Origin: an uncultured virus (IMG/VR IMGVR_UViG_3300029787_000013)
Lineage: Duplodnaviria > Heunggongvirae > Uroviricota > Caudoviricetes
DNA length: 64,000 nucleotides
Strand: one strand, 5' to 3'
Virus record (IMG/VR): IMGVR_UViG_3300029787_000013
In this document: positions 49,428-61,168 of the stretch, piece by piece
Layout: every line of letters begins with the position of its first letter
How positions within the stretch are numbered: the first letter of the stretch is position 1
Position numbers and translations under genes: made by a program
The notes under the pieces: generated by a model
What the model was told of the DNA's origin: nothing
Database searches by the model: none
Seen by the model: only the letters and a program-made list of their open reading frames with translations

Positions 49428-52400
49428 TTAATCGTATAAAAACTTCCAATATTCATCAAAATGTCCTTTTTTATCTTCTTCTAAAAATTGTGTCCAATTT
49501 GCATCGGTTTGCTCTTTAGTTACTTTTTTAACTTCTTCACTAAGTATTTTTTCTTTATCCCCTTTATGATGATACTTATTATAAAATTCTACAGGTGTTA
49601 TATCACCTTGTAAATATCCTGTTAAATCAGCATTCCCATGAGCATAGTCTAATAATAATAATATATCTAATTGTGATTTAGTTAACTTTCTAGGATCCAT
49701 ATGCTCTTGTAACTCTACAAACCAATAAGGATTAAATTGAGTACCTGGTTTTGCGTTACGATCTATAAATCCAATCTCTTCTGCTTGCTTCATAAAATTA
49801 CTTCCTATATAACCTTTAACTCTATTAATAGTTGTTTGTAAAGGACTGTGTTTCCATTCTTTCTTTTCTTCATCCCATACAGGAGGCATATGTTTAAACA
49901 TATATAAAGATAAGGCAGGATTTTTTTGAGTAGTTTTATTTGAATATCCTGTAGGGTTATATTCTAAAGTTCCATTTTTATTTTTAACAGGATTATAATG
50001 TGATTCTCTTCTTGCTGTAAAATCAAATAAAGTTACTAATCTTTCAATAGCATCTTCTTGAGATACGTCTCCCCTTCTGTCACCTACAACTTTATTTATT
50101 AAAGCTTCTAAAAGATCTTTATCTTCCATATCAGTAAAAATTGAGTTTCCTGAAAGTCTAACTGAGTTTTCATTTGTACTATATGGATTTTTTACTTCTC
50201 CTCCAACTTGATAAGATTTAATTTTTTGATGTGAAGTATTGTATTTAGGCATATGTACCCATCCTCCTTCTTGTTTTTTTGCAGGTCCAGTTGGGCCATA
50301 AGCTCTTATAAATTTATCAGTTTTATAGTTTTCATTTGCTAACCATTCTGCCTCTTCTGCTGTATCAGTAATTATATATTCTCCACTTTGTAATGCATAT
50401 TGTATTGCTTGGTCTATATCATTTATAAACGTTAATTTGTCTTCTCCCGTATCTACAACTGTTGGAATAACTAAGTGTTTACCCTCTATTTCTACAGAAG
50501 TCATATAATGAGTCATTAATGTTCCTTTTGTCGGATGAGGAATTTCTCTACCTACATTTAAAGAAGGATTTAAAATTCTTTGTACAAAATTTTTATTGGA
50601 ATTTAAATTTAACCAATAATCTCTTTTTTCTGCAGCGCTTGCATTTTCACCTGGTTTTTCTAAACTAGTTATATTTTCTGTCTCTGTTTCTTTTTCTTTT
50701 ATTACCCCTTCTGTTTGAAACTCTACTGCTCCTCCTGTTTTTGCACGTTGAGTAACATTTTCATTTTGCATATCTGTACCACTATCTGTAAACTCATTAA
50801 AATATATTTCAAGATTCTCATAAACCCTATCTTTTAAATTATTTATATTTTTTTTCTTCTCTTCTATCAGTTTAAGTTCTGCATCTTTTTTGAAAGTTAT
50901 ATTTTTTTCTATCCATTGAGGTTGAAAATGAACATTAAAATCTGTTAAAAATTGTAATGCGTTATCATATTGTTTTTTATTATAAGAAGAGTCTCTACCA
51001 GCAGATTGATAAGCTTTAACTATAGTCTGAGCATTTTGTACAGATTGGATTTGAAATTTTTTTCTTTTTCTACCCGTCTCTTTATTCCAAGTATCTATAA
51101 ATTCAAAAGCCTCGCTATAATCTGTATGATCATTTAAATCTTTATTTATACTACGGACTTGAGTCATTAAATCCGCGCTCATAAACGTTTCTTCTTTGGT
51201 ATTAAAAACATCAAGTTTTGAAGTGTGAAATTTAAGTGTCTCTAAATTCTTAATTAAATCATAATATCCAAAATGCTCTAAATGCTGTACATACTCATCT
51301 GAACTAGCATCAGTTGTTGGTGTAAATAATGAAGTCATCATTGTATTAAATTCATCTGGTCCAAATTCATTGTCATAATGATTCCAAATATTTGTTTCTA
51401 AAAGCTGGTCTTCTAACTCAGCTCTAGCTGAACTAATTTCTGGAACCTCTCCTGAATGGTGTCCCGACATTATATCTTCTCCAAAAAAATCTATAAGAAA
51501 ATTTTTATATTTTCCTTCTTTTAATTCTCCCTTATTTGTACCATCCCATTCCTCATCTAATTTTGTAATATATAATTCTGGATATTCATCGATCCATAAA
51601 GGACTTTTCTTAGTATTATAAATATGGCCTACCTCATGAGTTATTACTTGGTCCCAGTCATAATCAGAATTATAATAATCATTTCCTAGTGTTCCTCTTT
51701 TAGAAGGTTGCATAGTAATCATCCAAGGATATTTTAATACTTCTGGNNNNNNNNNNAGGCATATTTATTATCATTTCTCCTTTAAGTAAAGCGTTAAGAT
51801 TATTATCTCCCATCGACTTCTCCCACAGGTTTATAATGTTTTGACTGTCTTTTGATAACCTAAGTTTAAATAATTGAAGTTCTCCATTATCGTCATAATT
51901 ATTAGGGTCTTCTACAAAATCTGCTAGCCATTGCTGTTGCTCCTCACGTGTAAAATTTACACCTAAGTCTTTTCCCATTGGAGCTAATTGCATATCTGTA
52001 AAAATAGCTACAGCGTTTTTAGGAAAAGAAGAGCCCAGATAAGGATGCTTACCCACAGACCTATTATTACGTAATCCTCCTTCATCATTATCAACTAATG
52101 GCCAAACTAATCCAAAATCAGGCCCTTGATTAACATTCTCTATCATCTCGGTAATTCTTGTAGTTGCTTCTTCATCTGATAGCTCTCTACCTGTTTTACG
52201 TTTATAATCTTTTTTATATCTCTTTTTAAATGTTTTACTATTTAATTTTTTTAAAAGCTTTTGTTTTTGTTTAGTTATATCCATTTTTAAAAGCTCAGCA
52301 GCATCTGCATACACATCAGAATGATAGGTTACCTCTTCTGGATCCTTGCCAGACATCTCTAATAGATCAATTCTTTTTTCACTAAGTTCTAAAGAATCTC

Positions 52401-55203
52401 CAAATCTTTCTTTAGTTAATCTATTTAATTCTTTAACACTAAGCTCTCCATCTAAAAATTTTTGTACAGTATATACATCTAAATTTTTCAAATTTAAAAA
52501 AGTATTTACTAGCCCATCATATATATCCCATCGTCTATCTATCCTTGTTCTAGGTCCCTCGGTACCTTCTATTCCTTCCAAATCAATTACTTGTTCAGTT
52601 TCAATTTTTGCTCCCCCTTCTTGAAATTGTCTTACTTTAGGAGCGTTTTCTTCTTTGTTACGTACTCTAGGAATAATTTTTTTACTAAATGCCCAGTTAC
52701 CATTTTCATCTTTTTCAACATATCTTTTATCATAAAATTCTATTTGGCTTCCGCCTCCTTTTTTTATTAATTTATTAATTTGAGTATTTTGAAAATTATA
52801 TTTATCGTAATAAGATATATAATAACCATGCTCATCTTTTGCTAAAGATACTTTAAAGTTAGAATATGGATCATATCCCCTAGGTCCTATAGCTGATTCT
52901 GGCCAATGGGGGTTAGCATTTCCTATATAACTCCACTCCACATTTTCTGTAGGGTTTTCTGTAAATCCTAATCTTTTAAAAGGATCTATAAACTTATCGC
53001 CATATTTATAATAATTATTAGGATTCCACCTGCCGTCCTTATCTTGTTGAGCACTGTTTTTTAATTCTTTATAATTTTCTGGCCTTTGATAATCTGCAGA
53101 ATATACATTACCTTTATCATCATAAAAACTGTTAGTCTGTTTTAATAACAAATCCCAATCAAAAACATCTGATGAATAATATTTAACATAGTTTTCAGTT
53201 TCAATAGCTGGTCTATAATCTGATTCTCTAAAATACTTATTTTCTACTTCTAATCCTAAAGCCATTCTATAAGCCTCTTCATCTATATTTATATCTCCAT
53301 CAGCATCTAGATAAGGTTCTGACTCTCCAATACTTCCTTTTCGGGTCCTTGTTATATCTGGATTTCTACTATCTGGTACTTGTATATTACCTTCTTCATC
53401 ATCAAAAAGTAACTCATTAATAAGTCCAGAAGTCATATTAGGATAACTTCCTGGCCTAACCATTTTATATATATATTCATTAAGCCCTATATCTGAAATA
53501 TTTTTTATATGGTTTTTAATATTTTTAAATCCTTTTACAAGATTTTTTAAAGAAAGAGCTGGCATTTTTTCAGTTCCGTCCATGTCTACATTTTGTTGAT
53601 CTTCTCTTCCCCCTTCTTGAAATTTAACAACACCTCCCGTTTGAGCTCGCATAGATCTGTTAGGATCAGTAGTATCATCCATAATTTCATCGTTTTGTAC
53701 AAACGTATTCATCATTTCTAAAATTACTTCATCTTCATAATCTCTAGATAATACCTTATTAAACTTTTGAAATTTTTCTGGGTTATTACGCATGTGTTCT
53801 AAATGCTCTTCTGTAAATTGAAAATCAGGATCATTAAAATCATACATGTCCTCTGTACTCAATTCATATCTTGTTGATTCAATATCAGATTTAACTTCAG
53901 TAGGACGTTCATCATGATTATTTTTTACTGCTGACTCTTTTCTTTTACTTGCTATGTTTCTTTCGTAATCAGACATAACAGACTTAACACCATACGCATT
54001 AGGATCTGGAATATATGTATCTGTTTTTGGATCATATACATAACCTTTCCAGTTTTCATTTGGTGATCCCTTCATAGGATTCTCCTCTTTCGCTTTATAA
54101 TAATCCGTTGCGCCTGTCCCATGTGTTATTTCATTAACAATTATAGCATCAAGGGGCATACCCATTTCTTCAGATTGTGCAACATTATATTGTGCTGTAT
54201 GTGTATCCGCTTTATAACTACCTGTAGTCATTGAATAGTCCTCGGTTTGACCAATATAACTATCCCCATATTCTCCTTTACCTATAGAATTTAAAAAAGC
54301 TTGAGGATCTGTTTCGTAAAAATCTATGGTATTTAACATTTCAAGTTTTTCTGCCTTAATAGCCTCATAATTTTCTTCGCCATGTTGTGCTATTACTCTT
54401 TCTTTAAATTTAGAAGATTCAAAATAATTAGTAAAATATGCTTTAGCTTTATCTCTTTCTATATTTCCTCCTGGAGTTTCATTTCTATACTCTTCATATT
54501 TTTCCCACTCTTTATCTTTTAAGGCTTGTACTTTTTCTGGCCATACAGCAAGTTCTTTAAGTTCTGATTCTTCTTCTAATTTTATTCTTTGTTTCCACTC
54601 TTTTCTTGTTTCATCTCCTTTATAATCTGCTCCATATTTCTTTTTTCTATATTTTTTCTTTATATCTGCTTCTGTTACACCTTCATATTTAGTATAATAT
54701 TCATTTTGTTCTACGTGTTCATAATCCTGCAGACTACCTCCAGTTCCCCCATAAGGAGACCAAATCTGCGCAGTTTCAATTTCTTCTTCTCTAGTCTTTG
54801 GATGATAAGGTATACGAGTGCCTGTGGGTTCTAGGTTTCCTTCAGTCTGATATTTAGTTGCACCTCCTTGTCGATAGGATGAAGCAGTTTCAATAACTGT
54901 ACCAGGATCATCTCCCATATTTAAATTTTGAATTCCAGGGGGAACAGATTGATAACTCCTAACTAGGTTTCCCTCTTTATTGAATTTTTTTATATCGATA
55001 GGATAATTCATTCCTACAGTATTAAAACTACCTGAAGAACTTGGAAATACCATTGAAGTTCCTTGGGGCTGATTTCTCAACCCCGCAGTTCTTTCATCAG
55101 CTGTAGTAGCGACACGTACATTTTCTTGAGGCGCGTTAAGCATCTCACTAAAATTTTGTCTTGTACTAATAGCTTGTTTTAATAGATCTATTAGTGATGC
55201 CAT
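49428..55203 (-). CDS. Large modular protein (~1,900 aa, split by an assembly gap): DUF192-like, two zincin-like, unknown and lysozyme/SLT-like domains
   Basis: The two track ORFs meet at N-gap 51747-51756; the downstream ORF frame is open up to the gap (PEVLKYPW-M); motifs NEITH, HEVGH, RRESHYNP..ALSLYMF. Confidence 0.6.
51747..51756. other. Assembly gap (10 N)
   Basis: Run of n. Confidence 0.99.
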
Positions 55204-55212
55204 ATATTACTA

Positions 55213-55578
55213 TTACCCTTTCTTAAATATTGCGTATTCACAAATTACAGTTTCATCAATTGCTATAAGCTCTACTCCTACATCTATTAAACATGGTATC
55301 CATGCAAATTCTCCTGTAGCTATTTGTGCATAAGCTGTATTATCTACAAGTCTAATGTTTACGGGTTTACTATTTGTACTACTTATATTTTTTACATAAA
55401 GATAGTAAGCACCTGCAGATGCAGCTGCTAATACTGTTCCAGTACCTGTATGTATTACAGATACTTTACCTACTTCTGTAGGTTCTGTAGTTGTTAATGA
55501 ATCTGTTGCTGTTATACTAATAGCATCAGATTGTGCATCTGCGCTTGTTAATGTAAAGGTCGGTGTTAATGTTGCCAT
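55213..55578 (-). CDS. Small structural-like protein, paralog 2
   Basis: MATLTPTFTLTSAD...YLYVKN...GEFAWIP. Confidence 0.65.
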   Translation of the reverse strand: MATLTPTFTLTSADAQSDAISITATDSLTTTEPTEVGKVSVIHTGTGTVLAAASAGAYYLYVKNISSTNSKPVNIRLVDNTAYAQIATGEFAWIPCLIDVGVELIAIDETVICEYAIFKKG

Positions 55579-55604
55579 ATTATTATTATTTTATTTTATT
55601 ATTA

Positions 55605-55976
55605 TTATGCTGTTGCTTCAAATATCATTAATTCTAATACAGGACTTCCACTGTCTGAATTTGCAAATAATTCTACAGTTCCATCCCAGTTAAAAAACAT
55701 AAATTCTCCTGGTCCTAGTTCCATCCAATCTGCCGTACTAGAATTATCAGGGCCTAATGTCATAACAATTGAGGTATCTGTATTTTTTACGAATACATAA
55801 CATTTATTATAAGCAGTTCCAATAATTGATACTCCATTACTACCACCTGTTGGAACAGCAATTCTTTTTCTGATTACATCTCCAGCTACAGATAAAGAAT
55901 CTGTTACGGATAAACTTAAAGTATCTGCTCCTGAATCTGCACTCGTTAGTGTTAAAGTTGGTGTTAAAGTTGCCAT
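55605..55976 (-). CDS. Small structural-like protein, paralog 1
   Basis: MATLTPTLTLTSAD...YVFVKN...GEFMFF. Confidence 0.65.
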   Translation of the reverse strand: MATLTPTLTLTSADSGADTLSLSVTDSLSVAGDVIRKRIAVPTGGSNGVSIIGTAYNKCYVFVKNTDTSIVMTLGPDNSSTADWMELGPGEFMFFNWDGTVELFANSDSGSPVLELMIFEATA

Positions 55977-55983
55977 ATTTTAA

Positions 55984-58293
55984 TTATTTTTTAGTGTTAT
56001 TATTTTTTTTACTGTCGGTTTTAGCCTTCTTTACTTGAGCTTTGGCTTTCATTTTCTCAGTTCCTTCTTTTGCTATATTACTTCTACGAGTCTCAGATAA
56101 TTTTTCTCTTTCAACTTCAGCAGATTTATCTGTAGAATCTTTTGTTAAAGCAGCTTTTTCTCCATCTGTATTAGCTTTAATTTGTGCTACTGTTATTGCT
56201 GTTTCAGCCTGAAGTTCTGCTATATCTACTTTATTATCTCTTTCTGCTTCATTTTCTTCAGCTACAGCTTCTTGTTGAGCCTGCTGTGCTTCCATTTGAG
56301 CTTGTTGCATTTGTTGTTCAGCTTCTCTTTGTTGTTCAGCTAATTTTTGCATTTGCTGTTCTGCGTTTTTAATTTTATCTTTTAATTGTGTAAAAGATGT
56401 AGCTTCCATCATTTCCATAATAGCAGATGCAGGAACTCCATTTTGAATCATAGACTGTCCTAAAGCTCTAGCCTGATTAATTTTATCTTGTTCTTCTCCA
56501 GAATTACTTACAAAAATTCCATATTCAGATTCTGCATGTTGCATAGCGTCTATATCTAAATAATCTGATGTCCCATCAGGCATTATATACATTGTACTTT
56601 TTCCTGTTACCCATGCTTCTTTAGAATAATCCAGTAAAGCCTGAAGATCTCTTTGTTCTAATCTTCCAAATTTTCTAAACATATCTTCAGTAATATGAGA
56701 AGATTGTACAATCGCTTGCTGTGAAGTGGCTTTACCTTCATAAGTTCCAACCTGTCCTTGTCTTTGCCTATTTACTCCAGAAAGCTTTTCCCACTCTTCC
56801 ATAATAGAACTAAGAAGAACAATATACTGCTCAATTGTTTTGATAGACATATCTAACACAGATTGATGTTGAGGCGATAAAGTTACGCCTTCCTTATTGT
56901 AATCTACCCAGGCAATACCAGTGCCTTCAACATAATACATAAATTTATCCATATCCCATTTTTTAGGGATCATGTTGATGTCAAATTGAGCTATAATATC
57001 CTTAGATCTAGCAATTGCAAGTTCTAATCTATATTTATATATATTATAATTTAATTGGTAAGGAATACCCAGTGAGACCAAAGAGATATTAGCAGAGTTA
57101 ATGTCTGAGTACCTACGACCATTAACTGGTAATTTACATTTGGAGGGATTGTCTAATGAACCCCTTTGGTTAATCACTGGGGAGATATTAATAAAAATGT
57201 CTCCATCTAATCTTGTTCCTTGCCATACTTCATTTACCCATAGCCAGGTAAGTTTTGCTCCCTGCTCCTTCATTTCAGCAGGTAATTTAAAATTTTCAGG
57301 CACTTCCATTTCTTCAACTGTGCCTACATTAGGATCTACATACTGTAAAAATCCTAATCTTCTTCTAGATTTCCAATATACAGTAACTGCTTCTATCATT
57401 CTACTTCTCCACGGATCTTTGTCTGGAGTAGAACTTTTATGCATTAGCCAAGAATCTACACTGTTTTGAGTTGGATTTTCTAATTGATCTACATGAGCAT
57501 CTGTTAAATAATCATGATAATGATCAATAATTGTAGATGCATGTGAAAATTTTCTTATAACTGCCCAATCTCCATCTTCTACAAATTCAAGATCTGGATC
57601 TAAGTCATAATCTATATCTAGAGGGTTTAAAATATCATAGAAAGGTTCTCCATTTCTAACTCCTCTTTCTGTATATACTTCCCCAGAAACTAAAAAATGA
57701 AACCATGCCTTTTGTAATTTATCATGAATTTCTTGTTCTTGCATAATATAATTTATAGCATGTTGTCCTATAATTGCACGATTATCTTTATATGTTCTTT
57801 CAAAAAGCTCTGCCATATGCTCAGGAAGCTCTACTTCTTGTGAAGGAACTCCTGTTTGTTGTCCCTGAGAATTCATTTGATTAATGAATTGTTGATGTAA
57901 ATTCATTAAAAGCATTTGATTTTTTGCTTTCATTTTTTCAGTTACTACATCAGCATTATTAACTGCAACTGAGTAATGAAAAGGTCTTTTAGTTTTTTCC
58001 CCTAAAAGTAAATCAATAATTGGTTTGATTATGGGATAATTTCTTAATTTTGATGGAAAGTTTTTACGAGTTTTTCCATAAGGTTTTAATACATAATTAT
58101 AATCCTCATCTGAAATTTCTCCATTATAAAAATCATATAATTTTTGTAGCTCATCTCTTCTAGAAGAATATCCTCCATGATTCCCTCCTAAATTAGATAA
58201 ATTTATAAAAGCCGCTACACAATCTTCTCTCCACTTTTTGGTTTTTTTAGAAGAAGGAAGCTTTTGTCTTGGTATATCTTGGTATGTACTCAT
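55984..58293 (-). CDS. Portal protein
   Basis: 769 aa directly after terL; LRNYPIIKPIIDLLLGE, WVNEVWQGTR, LSGVNRQRQG; C-terminal coiled coil. Confidence 0.88.
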   Translation of the reverse strand: MSTYQDIPRQKLPSSKKTKKWREDCVAAFINLSNLGGNHGGYSSRRDELQKLYDFYNGEISDEDYNYVLKPYGKTRKNFPSKLRNYPIIKPIIDLLLGEKTKRPFHYSVAVNNADVVTEKMKAKNQMLLMNLHQQFINQMNSQGQQTGVPSQEVELPEHMAELFERTYKDNRAIIGQHAINYIMQEQEIHDKLQKAWFHFLVSGEVYTERGVRNGEPFYDILNPLDIDYDLDPDLEFVEDGDWAVIRKFSHASTIIDHYHDYLTDAHVDQLENPTQNSVDSWLMHKSSTPDKDPWRSRMIEAVTVYWKSRRRLGFLQYVDPNVGTVEEMEVPENFKLPAEMKEQGAKLTWLWVNEVWQGTRLDGDIFINISPVINQRGSLDNPSKCKLPVNGRRYSDINSANISLVSLGIPYQLNYNIYKYRLELAIARSKDIIAQFDINMIPKKWDMDKFMYYVEGTGIAWVDYNKEGVTLSPQHQSVLDMSIKTIEQYIVLLSSIMEEWEKLSGVNRQRQGQVGTYEGKATSQQAIVQSSHITEDMFRKFGRLEQRDLQALLDYSKEAWVTGKSTMYIMPDGTSDYLDIDAMQHAESEYGIFVSNSGEEQDKINQARALGQSMIQNGVPASAIMEMMEATSFTQLKDKIKNAEQQMQKLAEQQREAEQQMQQAQMEAQQAQQEAVAEENEAERDNKVDIAELQAETAITVAQIKANTDGEKAALTKDSTDKSAEVEREKLSETRRSNIAKEGTEKMKAKAQVKKAKTDSKKNNNTKK

Positions 58294-58297
58294 CCTA

Positions 58298-58374
58298 CAA
58301 AAATAATCAAAAATATTAAATATATTAGTATACTAATATTTATTATATATATTATTATAACTATAACACTTATT
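58298..58374 (-). promoter_or_regulatory. Putative late promoter for the portal gene
   Basis: -7 box TATTTTTG (58298-58305), palindrome 58322-58339, AATAAGTGTTATA (58362-58374). Confidence 0.6.
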
Positions 58375-60363
58375 AAACATAATTTTTATCAAACCAACTA
58401 TCTGTAGCGCGATCTTCCAGTACCTCTTTAATTTCTGCATTATATAATTCTCTTGTATGATACATTCCAATCATAAATGCCATTACGCGGTCAAAGTTAC
58501 CTTTATGATTAAATTTAATTAATTCTTGAATTAAAGCTGGATCATAAATTTTATGTAAATTTAATAAACTTTCTCCGTTTTCATCAGTCCCTCTCGGAGA
58601 TATTAGCCAGTCTCTGATATATATTTCCCCTTGTCTTTTTCTGGCTTCTGTCATATGCATTCCATATTGTCTTTTAACTGTTCTAGATCTTAATTCTCTT
58701 TTATCTAACATTTCAAATTCTTCTTGCAGTCTATGCATCTTTCTATGTCTTTTTGCATACGCTATTATTTCTCCACGATCATTCTCAAATCCTATTTTAC
58801 ATCCATAATAATCTGCTAACATAAATAAGTTTCTATTGTACTCATCAGATGTATCTGGACGACCTACATAACTTGCTACAATTATATCGTCAGGCCTAGA
58901 AATATTATTAGGTCTTTTTATTACATATGCTGCTCCTAAAGACATAGAATCTGCAGATTGATTTTGCCCATAAGGGTCATGGCATAATACATATAAATTC
59001 ATAGGAACTTGTCCTTTTTCATTTTTATAAGGACTCTCATAAATAGTCACACACCCAGAATTGTTATCCCCTTTTCTATGCGGGAATCTTAAAATTGGCG
59101 TACCGTTTGGTAAAGGCCTAAATTTAACTTGATTATCCTTACTATAATAAAATTGTCCGTGGGTGCCCATAGAGTGGAGGCCGTGTGATTTTATTTTATT
59201 ATATTGTGCTTGTAAAGATGCTATATCAAATAAATTTGCTGTTACTTGAAGAGTTGCTTCTTGTGGAGAAAAAGGATGCTCAGCCATGTATTGATCTAAA
59301 GCTTTAGAGTCAGCGGCCATTTTCTTTTTTTCTCTCATTCCTTTTTCATACTCAATAGCTTCTTGCCGTATAGAGTTTCCTTCATCATCAATAAAACCTT
59401 CTAAATTCTGTTGTATAGGAATAAAATATCCACATTGACTACCCATAGCACCTTCATCCCAAACATTTTCATATGACATACAATCATAAGCTTCTGGATT
59501 ATAAAATATTTCCTCCATTGCTTCAAAATCTGCTCCTTCAGTACCGCCCGTACCAAATNNNNNNNNNNTGCCACCATTAATCCTAGTGTTTTAGATCCTT
59601 GACGCATTGTTGGCATTGCTACTTCCCATGCTTTTAATAATCCTGGAAAAGATCCTGCTTCTTCAAAAAATATTAACTCCCCTGCTTTACCCCTTACTTT
59701 ATCTGGATTATCTTTAAGTGAAACTCCTATAATTTGAGATTTCATTCCCATTTCAATTTCAACTCCATTTACCTTTTTCTTATACCCAGACATTTTAAGC
59801 ATTTCTCTATCTCTTAATCTTGGTTGAGTCCAAGCAGTATGGTCATCTATAAAAGATAGAAACTCCCACGCTTTAGATAAAAGGCCATCTCCAATTAGAT
59901 ATTCTTTCTGACTAGCAAATACAAAATTCTTAGAATTACGTACAAAAAAATAATTTCTTGCTAGCATTGCACCAGCTTTATAAGAGTATCCTTTACGTCG
60001 TGCTTTTAACACAATCATATGTTTGTTTGTTTTTCTAGCACTATCAATCTCATTAAAATACTTCCAGTCCCCATCATAAAATGCAGGAAAAGTTCTTTCT
60101 CTTCTAGATTGAATTGTACCATCTGGAAGTTCTTCATCTACTGCCCTATCTATTGGGCAATAATTTAAATAAAAATAGTGAAAGCCTGTTATTGAGAATT
60201 CATCAGGTTTACCTTTATCTATTGTAAAGCCGTATAAACATTTTTTCTTTTCTTCGTCCCAGTAATCATAGTAATCTTTAGTACCAGGTAAAGCATTTGT
60301 ATAATGTCCATATTTTTGAAAATATAATGCGGGGCGCCTAACTCGATTTGTGTTTTGAAGCAT
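58373..60363 (-). CDS. terL: Terminase large subunit (split by an assembly gap)
   Basis: Walker A LKARRKGYS, Walker B LIFFEEAG, coupling motif FGTGG right after the gap; RNase H domain HDPY...GFEND...NFDRVMA. Confidence 0.92.
59559..59568. other. Assembly gap (10 N)
   Basis: Run of n inside terL. Confidence 0.99.
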
Positions 60364-60637
60364 CTTTTTTTAAATTTGTAAGTTCAGCACATTTTTCATA
60401 ATCTTCATTACCTTCAAAGTATTCAACTAGCATATCAATTATATCTGCCGATCTTCCATCTTCTAAATGAGGATCAAAAGGTAATGCAACTTCTTGCACA
60501 CCTCCTAATTCTAAATCAGTTAATAAATCATCTAAAGTTTTTCTTTTAGTTATAATAAAATAAGCATTTGTCATTGCTTTATCATACATATCTAAATCTT
60601 CCAAGAATTCCATTTTACTTTTTTTTACCGCCATCAT
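60338..60637 (-). CDS. Hypothetical protein with UVR-like C-terminal motif (true start probably ~60613)
   Basis: YFEGNEDYEKCAEL. Confidence 0.55.
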   Translation of the reverse strand: MMAVKKSKMEFLEDLDMYDKAMTNAYFIITKRKTLDDLLTDLELGGVQEVALPFDPHLEDGRSADIIDMLVEYFEGNEDYEKCAELTNLKKDASKHKSS

Positions 60638-60989
60638 ATTCTACGGCATATCCTTCTTTAACTAAAAGATCATTTATACAAACTTGTGTTAATGTATCTT
60701 TTCCTGATAATTTATTAATATGTAATTTCCCAAGAACTCTACCATATTTGCCAAATTCTTGTGATTCTAATTCAAAACAATTAGCAGCTCCGTCTAAAAG
60801 ATCTACTAACCTATCTTTAGCAGCTAATCCTAATTTTTTTTCTACTTTGTTTCTAGTTCTAGACTCTGGCGCATCAATACCAGATAATCTTATCCGTTTA
60901 TTTATTTTTACATCAAAGCCTAGATCTATTTCAGCGTCAATGGTGTCTCCATCAACTACTCTTGTGCATTTCGCGTTATAAGTATACAT
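60615..60989 (-). CDS. Thermonuclease (SNase-like) family nuclease
   Basis: RVVDGDTI, RIRLSGIDAPE, GKYGRVLG. Confidence 0.9.
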   Translation of the reverse strand: MYTYNAKCTRVVDGDTIDAEIDLGFDVKINKRIRLSGIDAPESRTRNKVEKKLGLAAKDRLVDLLDGAANCFELESQEFGKYGRVLGKLHINKLSGKDTLTQVCINDLLVKEGYAVEYDGGKKK

Positions 60990-60996
60990 ATATACA

Positions 60997-61152
60997 TTAA
61001 TTAGATATTCCGTAATTTAAAAGTACTAATTTAAACTTTTTATCAGAAATATCATAAGAAAATTCAAAAATTGTTAAAATACTTAATCTTAACGTAATTT
61101 CAAATCTATCTACTTGCTTGCTGGGTGTCCAGCCATTAAAAAATTTTATCAT
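60997..61152 (-). CDS. Small hypothetical protein (51 aa)
   Basis: Below the track cutoff; MIKFFNGWTPSKQVDRFEITLRL... fills the intergenic gap. Confidence 0.55.
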   Translation of the reverse strand: MIKFFNGWTPSKQVDRFEITLRLSILTIFEFSYDISDKKFKLVLLNYGISN

Positions 61153-61168
61153 TGTTTTTTGTTTTTAA

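Noticed and set aside
51700..51760. Apparent programmed frameshift between the 1167-aa and 764-aa ORFs
   Set aside because: The frame change coincides with the N gap
59401..59570. Apparent frameshift or two-gene terminase
   Set aside because: Caused by the 10-N gap; ATPase and nuclease halves join into one TerL
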